From positions 1,922,001 to 1,986,000 of the forward strand of contig NEEC01000011.1 in NCBI GenBank assembly GCA_002189035.1: 64,000 nt of DNA, written 5' to 3'. The notes under the pieces were generated by a model. It made no database searches. It had not been told where the DNA came from and saw nothing but the letters and a program-made list of their open reading frames with translations. Every line of letters begins with the position of its first letter. The first letter of the stretch is position 1. This DNA is from Utricularia gibba. Its lineage: Eukaryota; Plantae; Magnoliophyta. Of this stretch, positions 46,497-58,722 are shown in pieces. The position numbers and the translations under genes were made by a program.

Positions 46497-48779
46497 GGCC
46501 AAGCCCAAGAAAACAAGTTGCAAAAGTCGCTCTAATACCAGCTACTTGCAGGTAACGGATAATTTCCTAAGCAACTGTTCTTTGTAGCTCACCTAATAAA
46601 TACATGTAATGGCTAGCTTCGAAATAAAGATTCAGCCTTGCAATTCACGTTAAGTGATAACATACCATATCAGCTATCATTTCCCTCTATACTCCATACC
46701 CCTCAAAGCCATACGCCATACCTGAAGAAGTCGCTAACACACCCGTTGGAACTAATGTGTTTGTTAACACATTTGTTCCTGTTGAAGAGAAAGCAGCTTC
46801 TGGTGTGAGAATCGACAAACCAGCAGAGCGCCCATCGTTTAGATCGATGTGATTCCACCCCACAGTCACGACTGTACCAAAAGGGAGAATCGACAAACGT
46901 TTCAGAGCGGCCATTATCCACAGAACAGGATGATTCCCATCTCCCACCACAGTGAGCAGGTTCCATCTGGAAGGTTTTACCCACACTCCATGCAGCAGGT
47001 AAGAACTACAGAGTAGGGTATGACCATCGCACTATGGGGAGAGTGGGTGGGTAGATACGTATGCTATCATCCTGCTCATCGCAGGCAAGTGGCATCTCTC
47101 TCGACTTTTGGGGGAGCGAAGAAGCAGTCCACTACTACAGATGAATCTGGGAAGTGACGTCGATCACGGAGGGCTTCTTTTAACCAACTACCGAAACTCT
47201 TTTCTCTCTATGCATTTCCTTACAACTAGGTCAGATGGGTTCTTACAGGTATAATGTTTGAAAAACAATTATATTGACACCATTTTTAAAAAATATAATA
47301 TAAATTATAATTATATCCATATTTTTTATAAATAATTATAGTCATTGACTATTCTCAAACATAAGTATGATTAAATGTGTTATGTACTACAAAAATTATT
47401 TTTATTTTTTGTACTTTAAATATAAATCAATTCAACTAAAATTAAATTTAAATATACGTCAATTTTTGTTCTATCAAAGTTTTCATTTCTTTTATAATAA
47501 TTCACCTCACTCCATTTCGTAGTGATGATTGATATGGATTGATATAGTTGACTATTTGAGCGTTGTATCTAGAATGTTTAATTGTACACAAATTTGACAA
47601 GTTAAATCCAACACAATTGACAAGAACATAAATCCCTAATTCAACCAATGTTAGGTTGGCAATTCAACAACCGAATTATAATCTCAATTCAAACACTATT
47701 AAAAGCTTATTTGGTTGATAATTTCATATTTTAAAGGGTTTAGATTATTAAGGATTAGATAATTATATTTAATGGATGGATTTTGTTTATTGAAGTTGTA
47801 TGTTTAGTTGATAACATTACAAATCGAATTTCTAATTATTAAACATAAATTACATTATTATTCTTAATACAAAAAATTTTCTTTTCCTATTAATTATATG
47901 AAAAGTATGAATTGAAAGTAATGAGATCTTGTATTACTAAATACACACAGGAGATGGGTTTTTATAAATTATAAACATATATTTAGTTAGAATTTAGGAA
48001 ATAAATTGTGTTTATTTTATTCTTTAAATCAAACAAATTTTTAAATCGAAAGTAATCAAATATTTTTACGTAGAGTCAAACTATTATAGAATGAATATTA
48101 AATAATTGCCTACTTGATTTTTGGAACTATTCAAGAATATTTATTTATTAATTTGAAAATTATAAGTACGGACTGATAAGACTATTGTTTGTTCATATTC
48201 CTATGAATTTTACTTCTTAAAAATTCATAAATTTAAAAAAATTATATAATAACAGTAATTAACTTGAAATATAAAATATAAATATTAATAATAAAATAAT
48301 AAATCACACATGTAAATATTTAAATATCATATTCATAAATATTTTAAAAAATATAATATCAGAAATATTAAGATTAATATTAACGAATAATATAACTCTA
48401 ATCTCAATGAAAAAAAGATAATCCATACAACTACTAATGAAATAAAATAAAATAATGATTATAGAATTGAATAAGAATATTTTTATCATTTTTAAATTTT
48501 TTAGTTAAAATTTATTAAACGTCTACATAAATAGATGTTAGTATGAAATTTATATATATATATTTTTTGCGGATAATGTAAATTAAAAAAGGCAAGATTT
48601 TCCAGGCGAGTCTGAGGGCTGGGCTGCTTCTTAGAAACCTCAGAGACCGGTGGGAACAAGCAGATTGAATTTTGGCACCCAGATGGTCGTATTTGACGGC
48701 TTCCCTCTAGAAGCTGTTGCTGTTGTAATTTGTCTGCACGCACAGAAACTAAAAGCGACTCTCGAATGATACGCAATTA

Positions 48780-49056
48780 GAATATCTCCAATGATTTCCG
48801 AAATTTGGAATGACATATCAGTTTTATTATATTTTTGGAAATATAGTTACTAAATTTACATTTTATTTATAATCATTTCCATAAATCTGAGATATCATTT
48901 TTTATACGTTTATTATAATGGATTTTCATAATGAAAATGAAAATTACATTCAATGTAAATCCGTAAACAAAAATATATCTACACAATGATTTCCGAAAAT
49001 CTAATAAACGAAATGAAAATGCCACATATACTTCGTGGAAACCATTGGAGATGTTA
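48780..49056. mobile_element. Tourist-like (PIF/Harbinger) MITE, 277 bp
   Basis: TIRs GAATATCTCCAATG and CATTGGAGATGTTA match at 12/14, and the inverted repeat extends to 17/19 just inside. TTA flanks both ends (48777-48779 and 49057-49059). Confidence 0.7.
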
Positions 49057-49182
49057 TTACCGTTTTGGTCTAAACCCCTCTATAAGCAGATCCTGTAATA
49101 ACATAATCTGCACGTGGGGACGACGTCATTGGATGGTATAATAAGAACATGGAGGCGTGAGCTGCTTCTGCTGGGAAAAGAG

Positions 49183-52100
49183 ATGGGGTGTAATTTTCTA
49201 CCTTGTTTGTTGCTTCTCTTCTTCTTCCCCTTCAATGGAAGGTCCCAAGGTGTGGAAGTTGATCCTCGGCGGGAGCAGGGTATACTCATGGGGCTCAAGC
49301 TTCACTGGTCCAATCCGTCGTCTCTCAGTCATTGGACGCCGTCGACAGCCCACTGCAGTTGGCCGGAGATCACCTGCTCCTCCGGTGGCGCCGTCACCGC
49401 CATCAGGATCATCAACATGACGATAAGTCAGACAGTACCAGGGACAATATGTGATCTTACGAACCTGTCCTACGTTGATCTTTCTTGGAACTTGATCCCT
49501 GGAACATTCCCTACTGTTTTCTACAACTGCACCATCCTTCAGCACTTGAACCTGTCCTATAACAGCCTGGTGGGCGTCCTTCCGGGGGATATAAACCGCC
49601 TCTCGCCACGGCTGGAGTCGTTGATCTTGCCCTTTAATAACTTTACTGGGGATTTACCACCGGAGATTGGGGGTTGGCCAGCCTGAAAAGTCTTCATTTG
49701 GATTCAAATCTGTTAAACGGGACGCTTCCAGCGGAAATAGGTAACCTTTTAAATCTTGAAGAGCTTGTTCTGAGCTACAACCCGTTTTTGCCTCAGCCGA
49801 TTCCACAGAGCTTCACTCAGCTGAAGAAAGTCAGGAACTTGTGGATGACACACACAAATCTGGTGGGGCAAATCCCTGCTGATATTGGGAATATGTCTGC
49901 TCTTGAATCCCTGGATTTCTCTACAAATGGTCTAAGCGGAACCATACCTAGTGGCACTTTTCTTCTAAAAAACTTGACTTTCTTGTACTTGTACAAGAAC
50001 AATCTTTCTGGTCCTATTCCTGGGAGAATAGAATCAATGAACTTGCAAATTCTTGATCTCTCTAACAACTGCTTGACAGGAGAAATCCCTGATGGGATTG
50101 GAAATATCACCACTCTCACTGGTCTGGCTTTGTTCTTCAATCAATTATCAGGCCAAGTTCCATCCAGTATCAGCAGACTGCCAAGTCTAAGAGATTTCTC
50201 AGTATTCAACAACAATCTGTATGGTGAATTACCACCAGAGTTCGGCCGACACTCGAAACTTGAAACGTTCGAAGTCGCTACCAACAATTTTTCCGGTGGA
50301 TTACCCCAGAACCTGTGCATAAACAAAGCGTTGGTAGGGTGGTAGCCTTTGAGAATCATTTGACTGGTGAACTCCCATCATCTCTGAGCGATTGCGATAG
50401 CCTGATCATTGTTCGAGTCCACGATAACTTGCTGTCAGGCAGTGTCCCCGATGGGTTATGGAGAGCACCAAATTTAGAACAGTTGATGCTAAGCAACAAT
50501 TTGTTTTCCGGTCAGCTTCCAGAAGTAGTGAGCCCCAAGTTATCGCTCATCGAGGTGATGGATAACCAGTTCTCGGGTTCAATCCCAGTAGGGATATCTT
50601 CGTGGGAGAGCTTGAAGGTCCTCAGGGCAAGCAACAACTCTTTCAGCGGTGAAATACCTCAAGCTTTGACAGCTCTCCAATTCTTAACGGTTCTTTTGCT
50701 TGACAGGAATCAACTCTCTGGTCCGCTTCCAACAATAATCTCCTGGAGATCTCTTGCAACTTTAAATCTCAGCAGCAATCACATCTCGGGCACAATCCCT
50801 TCGTTGTTAGGCCAGCTACCAGACCTTGTAGCATTGGACTTGTCACAGAATGAGTTGTCAGGCCAAATTCCCCCCAGTCTTGGGCATTTGATGCCGTCTT
50901 ATCTCAACCTTTCTCACAATTTGCTTTCCGGGCAGATCCCAGCTGAGTTTGAGAATGCAGCTTATGACAACAGTTTCATTTCCAATGCTGGACTGTGTTC
51001 CAATACACGATCACTCGGCATAAACAGTTGTGTTGAAGGAAATGGGAGATCAAGAGGTCGTTCATCAAGTTTCACTCCAATCATCTCGAGTCTAGCTGCA
51101 GTTGTATTCTTTTTGGCATTGCTGTATGCAGTCTTTGTGTTCAGATGCTACAGAAAGGCTGTGCATTCGACTGATTCCGACTGGAAGCTGACTTCATTTC
51201 ACAAGCTGAATTTCACTGAATCAAACATCCTGCAAAGTTTGACTGATGATAATCTCATCGGGAAAGGAGGATCAGGGAGCGTTTACCGTGTCCCATTGCA
51301 CAGGTCAGATGAGTATGTTGCTGTTAAGAAGATACGGAACAGCACAAAGTTGGATAGAAAACTTCAGAAGGAATTCCATGCAGAAGTTGGAATTCTTGGG
51401 ATGATCCGGCATGCAAACATCGTCAAACTGCTTTGCTGCATCTCAGGGGAGAAGTCACAGGTTCTGGTTTATGAATACATGGAGAACCACAGCCTAGACA
51501 CATGGCTTCATCGCAGCAAGAGGCAATTTATCAGCAACGCAAGTTCAGCTCATCATGCTGTGCTCATGGACTGGCCAAAAAGGCTGCACATTGCAATTGG
51601 AGCTGCTCAAGGCCTCTGCTATATGCACCACCACTGCTCGCCTCCAATAATCCATCGAGACGTGAAGTCAAGCAATATCCTCCTGGATTCAGATTTCAAT
51701 GCAAAGATAGCAGATTTTGGGCTTGCAAGGATGCTGATGAACGCCGGAGAGCCTGATACAATGTCTGTTGTGGCTGGCTCATTTGGTTATATGGCTCCAG
51801 GTAATAATCATCTTCTCTTTCTCCCCCTTACTGACTTTCAAGCATTTTAACCTGATAACCTGTCCCTTTCAACCATGAACTTCATCTCAGAGTACTCTCA
51901 TACAAGACGTGTAAATGAGAAGATAGACGTCTATAGTTTTGGAGTAGTACTTCTTGAGTTGGTAACTGGAAGAGAAGCTCACAATGGAGACGAAAGGTCA
52001 TCACTTGCCGAATGGGTGTGGCGCCATGTGGCTCAGCAGGGAAGGCCAATAGATGACATATTGGATGAGGAAGTAAAAGAATCACATTATATGCAGGAAA

Positions 52101-52318
52101 TAAGCACAGTGCTGAAGTTGGGATTGGTATGTACAAATAGATCCCCCTTAAACAGGCCACATATGAAAGATGTGTTGCATATCTTACTCCAGTGCAGTCA
52201 AAGGCTACAGACTCCAGTGTGCAGCATTAGAGAAGAGCATGACGTTTTTCCTCTCCTAAGCAGTACGCAGTCTTGTAGACCTGAAGAAAATCATGAAAGA
52301 TCTTTCATCCCCGTTTGA
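49183..52318 (+). CDS. LRR receptor-like kinase subfamily XI (HSL3/At5g25930-like), interrupted by two -1 frameshifts as assembled
   Basis: Signal peptide, LRR cap (HCSWPEITC), about 20 LRRs, TM segment (IISSLAAVVFFLALLYAVFVF) and an RD kinase (GKGGSGSVY, VAVKK, HRDVKSSN, DFGLA, GSFGYMAP|E). One intron at 51801-51890. Frame breaks at G runs 49669-49673 and 50337-50339; adding one base at each gives 3048 nt = 1015 aa. Confidence 0.93.
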
Positions 52319-52583
52319 TTTAGGGAGTAAATAAGTGTTCTTGAAGCATAGATGTATTCATTTAGGAAGCATGCACTACTTTTCCTGTACGAATTCTAAT
52401 TCGAGTTCCTTAAGGTGCGACAACATATGCTCCTACGCGTTCAATAGCATCACTAAATATCACTAAATATCAATAACATCACTAAATATGTCGTTGGTGA
52501 TAGGTATGATTGCAAGTCTGTAACCTACCCACCCTGCATTGCAAAAAAAGGATACAGAAATACTCATGCAACCAGGAATAGAA

Positions 52584-53234
52584 TCACTGGCCCAAGTCTG
52601 TACGATTTGGAATGGCTGGGACGAGAAAGTTTGCAAATTGTGATTCTACTAATCGGAAATTTCCAGTGCAATCTTTTTTCTGCATCTGGGCCAGAGCATG
52701 AGCCATTCCTTGTTGAATCCTTACATCAGCGGAGCTAACGTGAACCCCTTGAACCTGAGGAATGATCAAGTATAATAACACCACTGAAAAAAGAATGAAA
52801 AGAAAGGATCAAAGTTACTATACTCACACGCACAATGTCCACATTCCTCTGCTGTGGTGCTCCTTCAACAATACTGTCATGAGCTACGCTGGAAAGAAAC
52901 ATAGGGCAACAGCTTAATGAAGTCAACAGAATGACCCAAAGTTCACCGTGCCATAGAAAATGCAAAGCATTCAACCAAGCCACAGAATCACGACCCAGTA
53001 AAAACGGTTAATTTCAGCCTCGATTCAAAGCAAATCCATCAAGCAGTCTCTGATGAAAACATTCACTGACACGCAGAAAACCTACTCGTAACTAGAATGA
53101 CTTCATGGAAATCTGAGCAAAGCTAAACTTTTTCTAAAGCAAATTTCAACATCCGAAGAAATCTGTAGAAACGCAACGAAATGCCTAGGGAGGGAATCGA
53201 ACTTCTTCCTCTTCGGTGGCCGCTTGAAGCTCAT
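52584..53234 (-). CDS. Small uncharacterised protein, 93 aa, three exons
   Basis: Exons 53234-53185 (50 nt), 52888-52828 (61 nt, TTTCCAG acceptor, GTGAGT donor) and 52754-52584 (171 nt) total 282 nt in frame: MSFKRPPKRKKFDSLPSVAHDSIVEGAPQQRNVDIVRVQGVHVSSADVRIQQGMAHALAQMQKKDCTGNFRLVESQFANFLVPAIPNRTDLGQ*. The intron 1 donor is GC or a weak GT a few nt downstream. Confidence 0.72.
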
Positions 53235-54189
53235 TGTAACCGATATTCACAGCCTTCCCGAACTGATACTGCACAGCCGCAGTCGAAGCCCTAGCCGGGA
53301 AATTTAAATCAAGAATGCTCAAGAAAATTCTATTATATTACTTTAGAGTTTTGTTATGATTAAAAGCACATTGATAAATAAAATATTTAAAAAATAAAAT
53401 TTTAAATTAAATGTTTTATGTATTTACGTAAATAAAATTTCACAACAAATCTTTAATCACAAGCAATTATATGCGTACACTTGATTCTAATATTTGAAAG
53501 TAACGAAAAAGGAAAGTAAATGAAATCAATAGATATCAAATTCAATTCTAGATTTCTATATTGATTCAAAGATTCCTAAATTCTTCAAAAACTTAATGCT
53601 TAAGTAATTATGTAGTTGTGTAGATCTGATTATCTTTTTTGATAGTATTGTATCATATATTTTTATTTAATTTGTTTAAGATAAAATCTAAATATTTTAA
53701 GATAAGATTCAAATAATATATTATTTAAGATCTTTTGACCAAGTCTATATTCATATACTCCAATTTTCACCTGAATAAAGATTATTTCTATTTTTCTTTA
53801 ATTTAAATAATCCATAACAATCAAATTAATATAATATACAAATTATTTAAAAACATAGAAAATATTAAACAAACTGATATAAAAGAATTATTAAAAATCA
53901 CAAATATAAGTAACAGAAAATAAATTATTAAATTTTATCAAACACGCATTATTGCAAATGCATGCATATCTACACGTTCACTTTTAATATTAAATAATGA
54001 ATATTTTGGTAAAACATTTGAAATACTAATGAAAATATTCAGCTTCGTGGCGGTTGTGGATTGGGCTACCACAAGAGGGATCAGTCGGGCGGCATAGAGG
54101 TCGGCCCAATGTAGTGCTGCGGCGGCTATATGAGAAGCAACTCGGTGATCCGTGCTCATCAAGGCTCGCGATCTTTCTGACAGAATTCG

Positions 54190-56316
54190 ATGTCGTCCGC
54201 TGCCATGACGGCCTTTCATGCGGATCGTTTTCTCAGCAGGTACAACGACGATGAGCTCCGAACTGCGGCGGAGTTTCTATCCAGTTGGATGCCTTTTCTC
54301 TCGCGCGATCTTTGCGAATGTTGCACGCGGAAACTGTCTGACCGTATTCAGTCGCTTGACGCAGGTTGGAGATTACTCCTTTCTATTTATTCCGATTTAT
54401 ACTAATTTTTTTTTGGGTGATTTCAGTTCATGGGATTGAGGGAACTCGGTTTTGACTTTTAGTGGGGATTGGGAGTGAAAAAAACTCGTTCTTTTGTTCT
54501 ATTTTAGGGCATTTGGATTAGCCGGAAAGGGATGTAGATATAAGAATCTGTTTTTGGCGACGCATGCACCTTTGAATTGTAAATTTTTTTTTGACATATT
54601 TTGGATGAATGGCTGTACCATGTGCAGGGAGTAACGCGGAAAGATCAGATTGTGAAGATGGTGCTGATGTGAATAAATGTGAAATTAGGAATGGTGTGGT
54701 TGATACTGCTGTTTCCTCTTCACCACCAGCAACGCCGAAGGTGAAAATGTCCTGGGCTGATATGGCACTGTATGATGATGCTGTCGAAGAAGAGGACATG
54801 GGAAACAATGGTAACGGTAATGGCACTTCTCGGGAAACTGATGAAATTGAAACCAAACCAAGAACAACATTGTCGAGGGATCTGAGAGAGTCCATTCGAT
54901 TCAATGGTGTTGAAAGGAAGAAGGACTTTATAACTTTGGAAAGAGTGAACGGAAAACTGGTGAACGTACTGGATGGACTTGAGTTACATAAAGGTATCTT
55001 CAGCACTGCAGAGCAGATTAGAATTGTCAACTTCGTTGAAGAACTTCAGGAGATGGGAAAAAAGCAGCAGATGAGAGGTTCGTTAAGTGGCCTAAGTTAG
55101 ATATATATGTTAGACACCAACTATGTTCATTTTTTTTTTCTTTCATCCAAGTTATTGAATTTATTAACACTTATGCTATGTATGGCCTGTGGATGATGTG
55201 TGTATCTTGAGATTCCACATGCCTGTTATGCACGAACTTGTCTGTTGCATATGGGAAGAATATGTGGAGTCGAGTCAAAGCGTGATTTGAGTTTGCATAT
55301 TCTCCCAAAGGGCAGCAGCAGTACGCATATTTGCACGTATGCTGTTATCTTTCATGTTTAAAGATTCACCTCTCAACTGTTGTCACAAATTTTATTTGCA
55401 GAACAAACATTTTCAGCACCACGAAAATGGATGAAGGGAAAGGGCCGTGTAACTCTTCAGTTTGGTTGCTGTTACAATTACGCAGTGGTGAGTTTTATTT
55501 GGTACTAAACTCTTTGGTTGTTTGTAATTTCTATCGTGAGCAAGTGAACTAAACCTTCTTTTGTGCTTGTGGCAGGACAAAAAAGGTAATCCACCCGGCA
55601 TCCTACGGGACGAGATGGTTGATCCTTTGCCTCCCCTATTCAAAGTTATGATCCGGAGGCTTATCAGGTGGCATGTCTTGCCACCTTCATGCATTCCCGA
55701 CAGCTGCATTGTGAATATATACGAAGAAGGGGACTGCATACCACCGCATATCGACAACCATGATTTCATTCGGCCATTCTGCACTGTCTCGTTTCTCAGC
55801 GAGTGTCAAATTCTCTTCGGCGCCAACTTGAAGATCCTGGGCCCTGGTGAATTTTCTGGCGCATATGCTATTCCTCTGCCTGTCGGGTAAGCATATCCAC
55901 TGCAGCCTAAGCATGTAACCCTGCTTTCACAGAAGTATCTGACACATCAATTTCTTCCAGGTCTGTTCTTGTTTTGCAAGGAAACGGAGCTGATGTGGCC
56001 AAACACTGCGTCCCATCAGTTCCATCCAGGAGGTAATTTTGCCTGTGTTTCATTTTTACTCAATCCATCCGCCATTGCTAAGATCCCCTCGTGCTCCGTT
56101 GCTAGGATATCGATTACTTTCAGGCGAATGCATGAATCGAAGCGACCGCACGGATATGTGGAGGAACCAGACCTCCGAGGACTGGAGCCGTTGAGTCAGG
56201 TATCCGTCGCCGACTCTGTTTCACGACAGAACAATTCCTCTTCGCGAAGCCGAAAGGGACGCCAGAGTTGGAGTCGGAGCTCCGGTGACGCCCGTACAGA
56301 TCGTCACGCGGGTTAA
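54190..56316 (+). CDS. ALKBH9B: AlkB-family 2OG-Fe(II) dioxygenase, m6A RNA demethylase ALKBH9B-like
   Basis: Six exons (54190-54364, 54628-55077, 55402-55487, 55576-~55886, ~55961-56031, ~56106-56316). Motifs: GLELHKGIFS, KGKGRVTLQFGCCYNY, CIVNIYEEGDCIPPHIDNHDF (HxD), KHCVP (His) and RISITFRRM. Confidence 0.93.
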
Positions 56317-57658
56317 GGAAGACAACAATCCACCGCCGACTTTAGAAGAACGCTGGAATTTGTACGTATGGAAGTAGGCACACGAGATGATACAAATTGT
56401 GAGTATATTCTTTTTGTTATTAAAAAAAGCATAAAAGAATATTAATTATCGAGTGAAGGATATCATGTAATTAATTAGGGTTTAGGTAACATGGAGAGTT
56501 ATGCATTTTTAAAATAATATAAAGAATTTTGCACAGGAATAAAGATGCATTTTTTACTTCCAAAGAGTTTTATTTCTTTCAGTAAATAATTTATTTACTT
56601 TTTTAAAAAAAGTAAAAAGAGATATACATTATTAAGTACAAATTTTAAATACTATATATTTTAAATATTCATTGAAAATATTAAATTAATAATCAATCCA
56701 GTAATTTAAATTAACAAATATGTTAGTATCTCTTATTTGTAATTATTTATAAATAACACATTTTCCAATAATATTCATGATGAATATTCAATTTATTTAA
56801 ACTCATTTGTTATTTATTTGATTTCAAATAGTATAAAATCCAGCATATAAAATAAAATCCATAGTTCTTTTTTATTTTTTATGACATTTGTTATCTAAGA
56901 AAACTAAGATCATAATCATATCTTATACTAATTTCGTTACAAATGCAATTTGGTACAACATTATTCTTACAAACAATTTCAAAAATTTTATTTCTTATAG
57001 TATTTGATTAATGCCTGAAAAATTGATTCATCACACCCCTCACATTCTTTGAATATAGTATAAGCTATCATCTAGTTTATTAAAAAAAATCACATTTAGA
57101 TGCATAAGAAAATTTGAAAATATGAGTTTTGGATTGTTGAAATTAAAGATCTTATGGATTGGATCAATATACGTAAAACTTAATTATATAAAAAATATAA
57201 ATTATCTTACAAAAATTAGAACTAATTCAAATGTATTATTTCATTTTAAAATTGAGATGTGTTATTGTTTTGTTATTACTGCAATCATATTAATTCATCA
57301 TTGTAATAACAACAAGAAAGACGTAATGCGTGCGTATCCCGACGTTTCAGAGTGTTGGAAAGCTCCAGGTACTACTTCCATTCATACTATTGGAGTGTAG
57401 AAAAACTCTGCCGGAGCGCCGGTGGTGTCATGGGGATGATGAAAAAGGTGGCGGTTGATGTAAGATTGTTTCCTTTTGTCCTTTCCTACACCGTAGCCCT
57501 CCGCCATCACCCTGCCTGCAATCTAATCTAACCTCCCTAAAGCCATTGCTTTTCCCCATGTCCAATCCCTCTTCGTCTTTCCGAGATCGCCGAATCTCCC
57601 CCCACTTGTGTCTTTCTGTCTTTATATATTCCTCGGCCCTGAGAGCACTCACTTGCAC

Positions 57659-58447
57659 ATGGCGGACGACGGCGGCGTCAAGGTTTCGTCAGGCGGCGCT
57701 CGTCAGAGCAGCTCGCGGTGGACGCCCACGGCGGAGCAGATACGGATTCTTAAGGATTTGTATTACAACAGCGGCGTCCGGTCACCCACCGCCGACCAAA
57801 TTCAGCGGATCTCCGCTAAGCTGCGGCAGTACGGTAAGATCGAGGGAAAAAACGTCTTCTACTGGTTCCAGAATCACAAGGCTAGAGAGCGTCACAAGAA
57901 GCGCTTCGCCGCCGATCACCTCCTCCGCCCCCTCCGCCGCCGCAACTCCCTCTCCTTTCCGCAGCTTCAGGTCCCAATGGCCTTCCATTTCCCTTCCTCT
58001 GTCCTTTTTATTGCCTTCTACATCTTTTTCTTTGCTTTTCTTCAGGTTTCCACGGTGGGAACTCATCGTTTGCCATGGAAAGGAGATTCAGGGTGAGCTT
58101 TTTAGGGTTTTATTTTGCATGCATTTTTGTTTTCTAATATTTTTTTTTATCAGGAATGCTCTATTACAACGCCCACCAATGGGAATCATCAGTGTTTTGC
58201 ATGGGAAACATTCTCTCCCTTCATCGATCCCAGTCTCAAGCTTCCTCCGGGAGTCGACGAGGAAGACGAGCGGCCTGCAAACGACATCGAGATCGAAACC
58301 CTTCCGCTGTTTCCGATGAACGGCGAAAGGACCAAGCTTCCCGATTCCGACGACGGCCGCCTACCTCCCCACACCGCCGCTTCTCTAGAGCTCAGCCTCA
58401 GCTCATGCTACAGAAGCGCACCTCCATATTCCCCCAGCTTTCCTTGA
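57659..58447 (+). CDS. WUS: WUSCHEL homeobox transcription factor, with one -1 frameshift as assembled; 217 aa if corrected
   Basis: Homeodomain [46 protein letters not shown] carries the WUS-specific extra Tyr (LYYN). Also AMERRFR|ECSI, an acidic patch, WUS-box TLPLFP and EAR ASLELSL. Exons 57659-57970, 58046-58092 and 58154-58447 sum to 653 nt, one base short of 654. TATA-like TTTATATA at ~57621. Confidence 0.93.
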
Positions 58448-58722
58448 GCAACTGCACCCCTTATTTTGCATGGATATGCGATCTGTATCCCCGTTTCTGA
58501 TGTAATCACCACCTCTGTCAGCTTCCCTGTCTCTAACAACTAATATCCGCCGTGGAATTAACTGCCGGTGTCTGAGCGTCTGTCCAGAATGCAGCAGCAA
58601 CCCACAATGACGACGCTATACAATTCCGTAGTCACGTATATACGCTGTGTAAAGGATTTCTGGATCCCTTCAGATTCAAGAGGTCCACACCATTTGGATA
58701 TCTAGAAATCATTCGAACGTCT

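Noticed and set aside
47701-48045. Possible further Tourist-like MITE
   Set aside because: TIR match only ~11/15 in very AT-rich DNA, with ambiguous boundaries and TSD.
48501-48776. 91-aa - strand ORF upstream of the RLK as a candidate peptide ligand
   Set aside because: No signal peptide and no CTNIP/SCREW, IDA, CEP or CLE motif; it runs into AT-rich low-complexity sequence.
49666-50345. Programmed ribosomal frameshifting to explain the RLK breaks
   Set aside because: No slippery heptamer or stimulatory structure, and two events would be needed; indels are far simpler.
57546-58319. 257-aa + strand ORF overlapping WUS
   Set aside because: Alternative frame running through the promoter and introns; it has neither the homeodomain nor the WUS-box.
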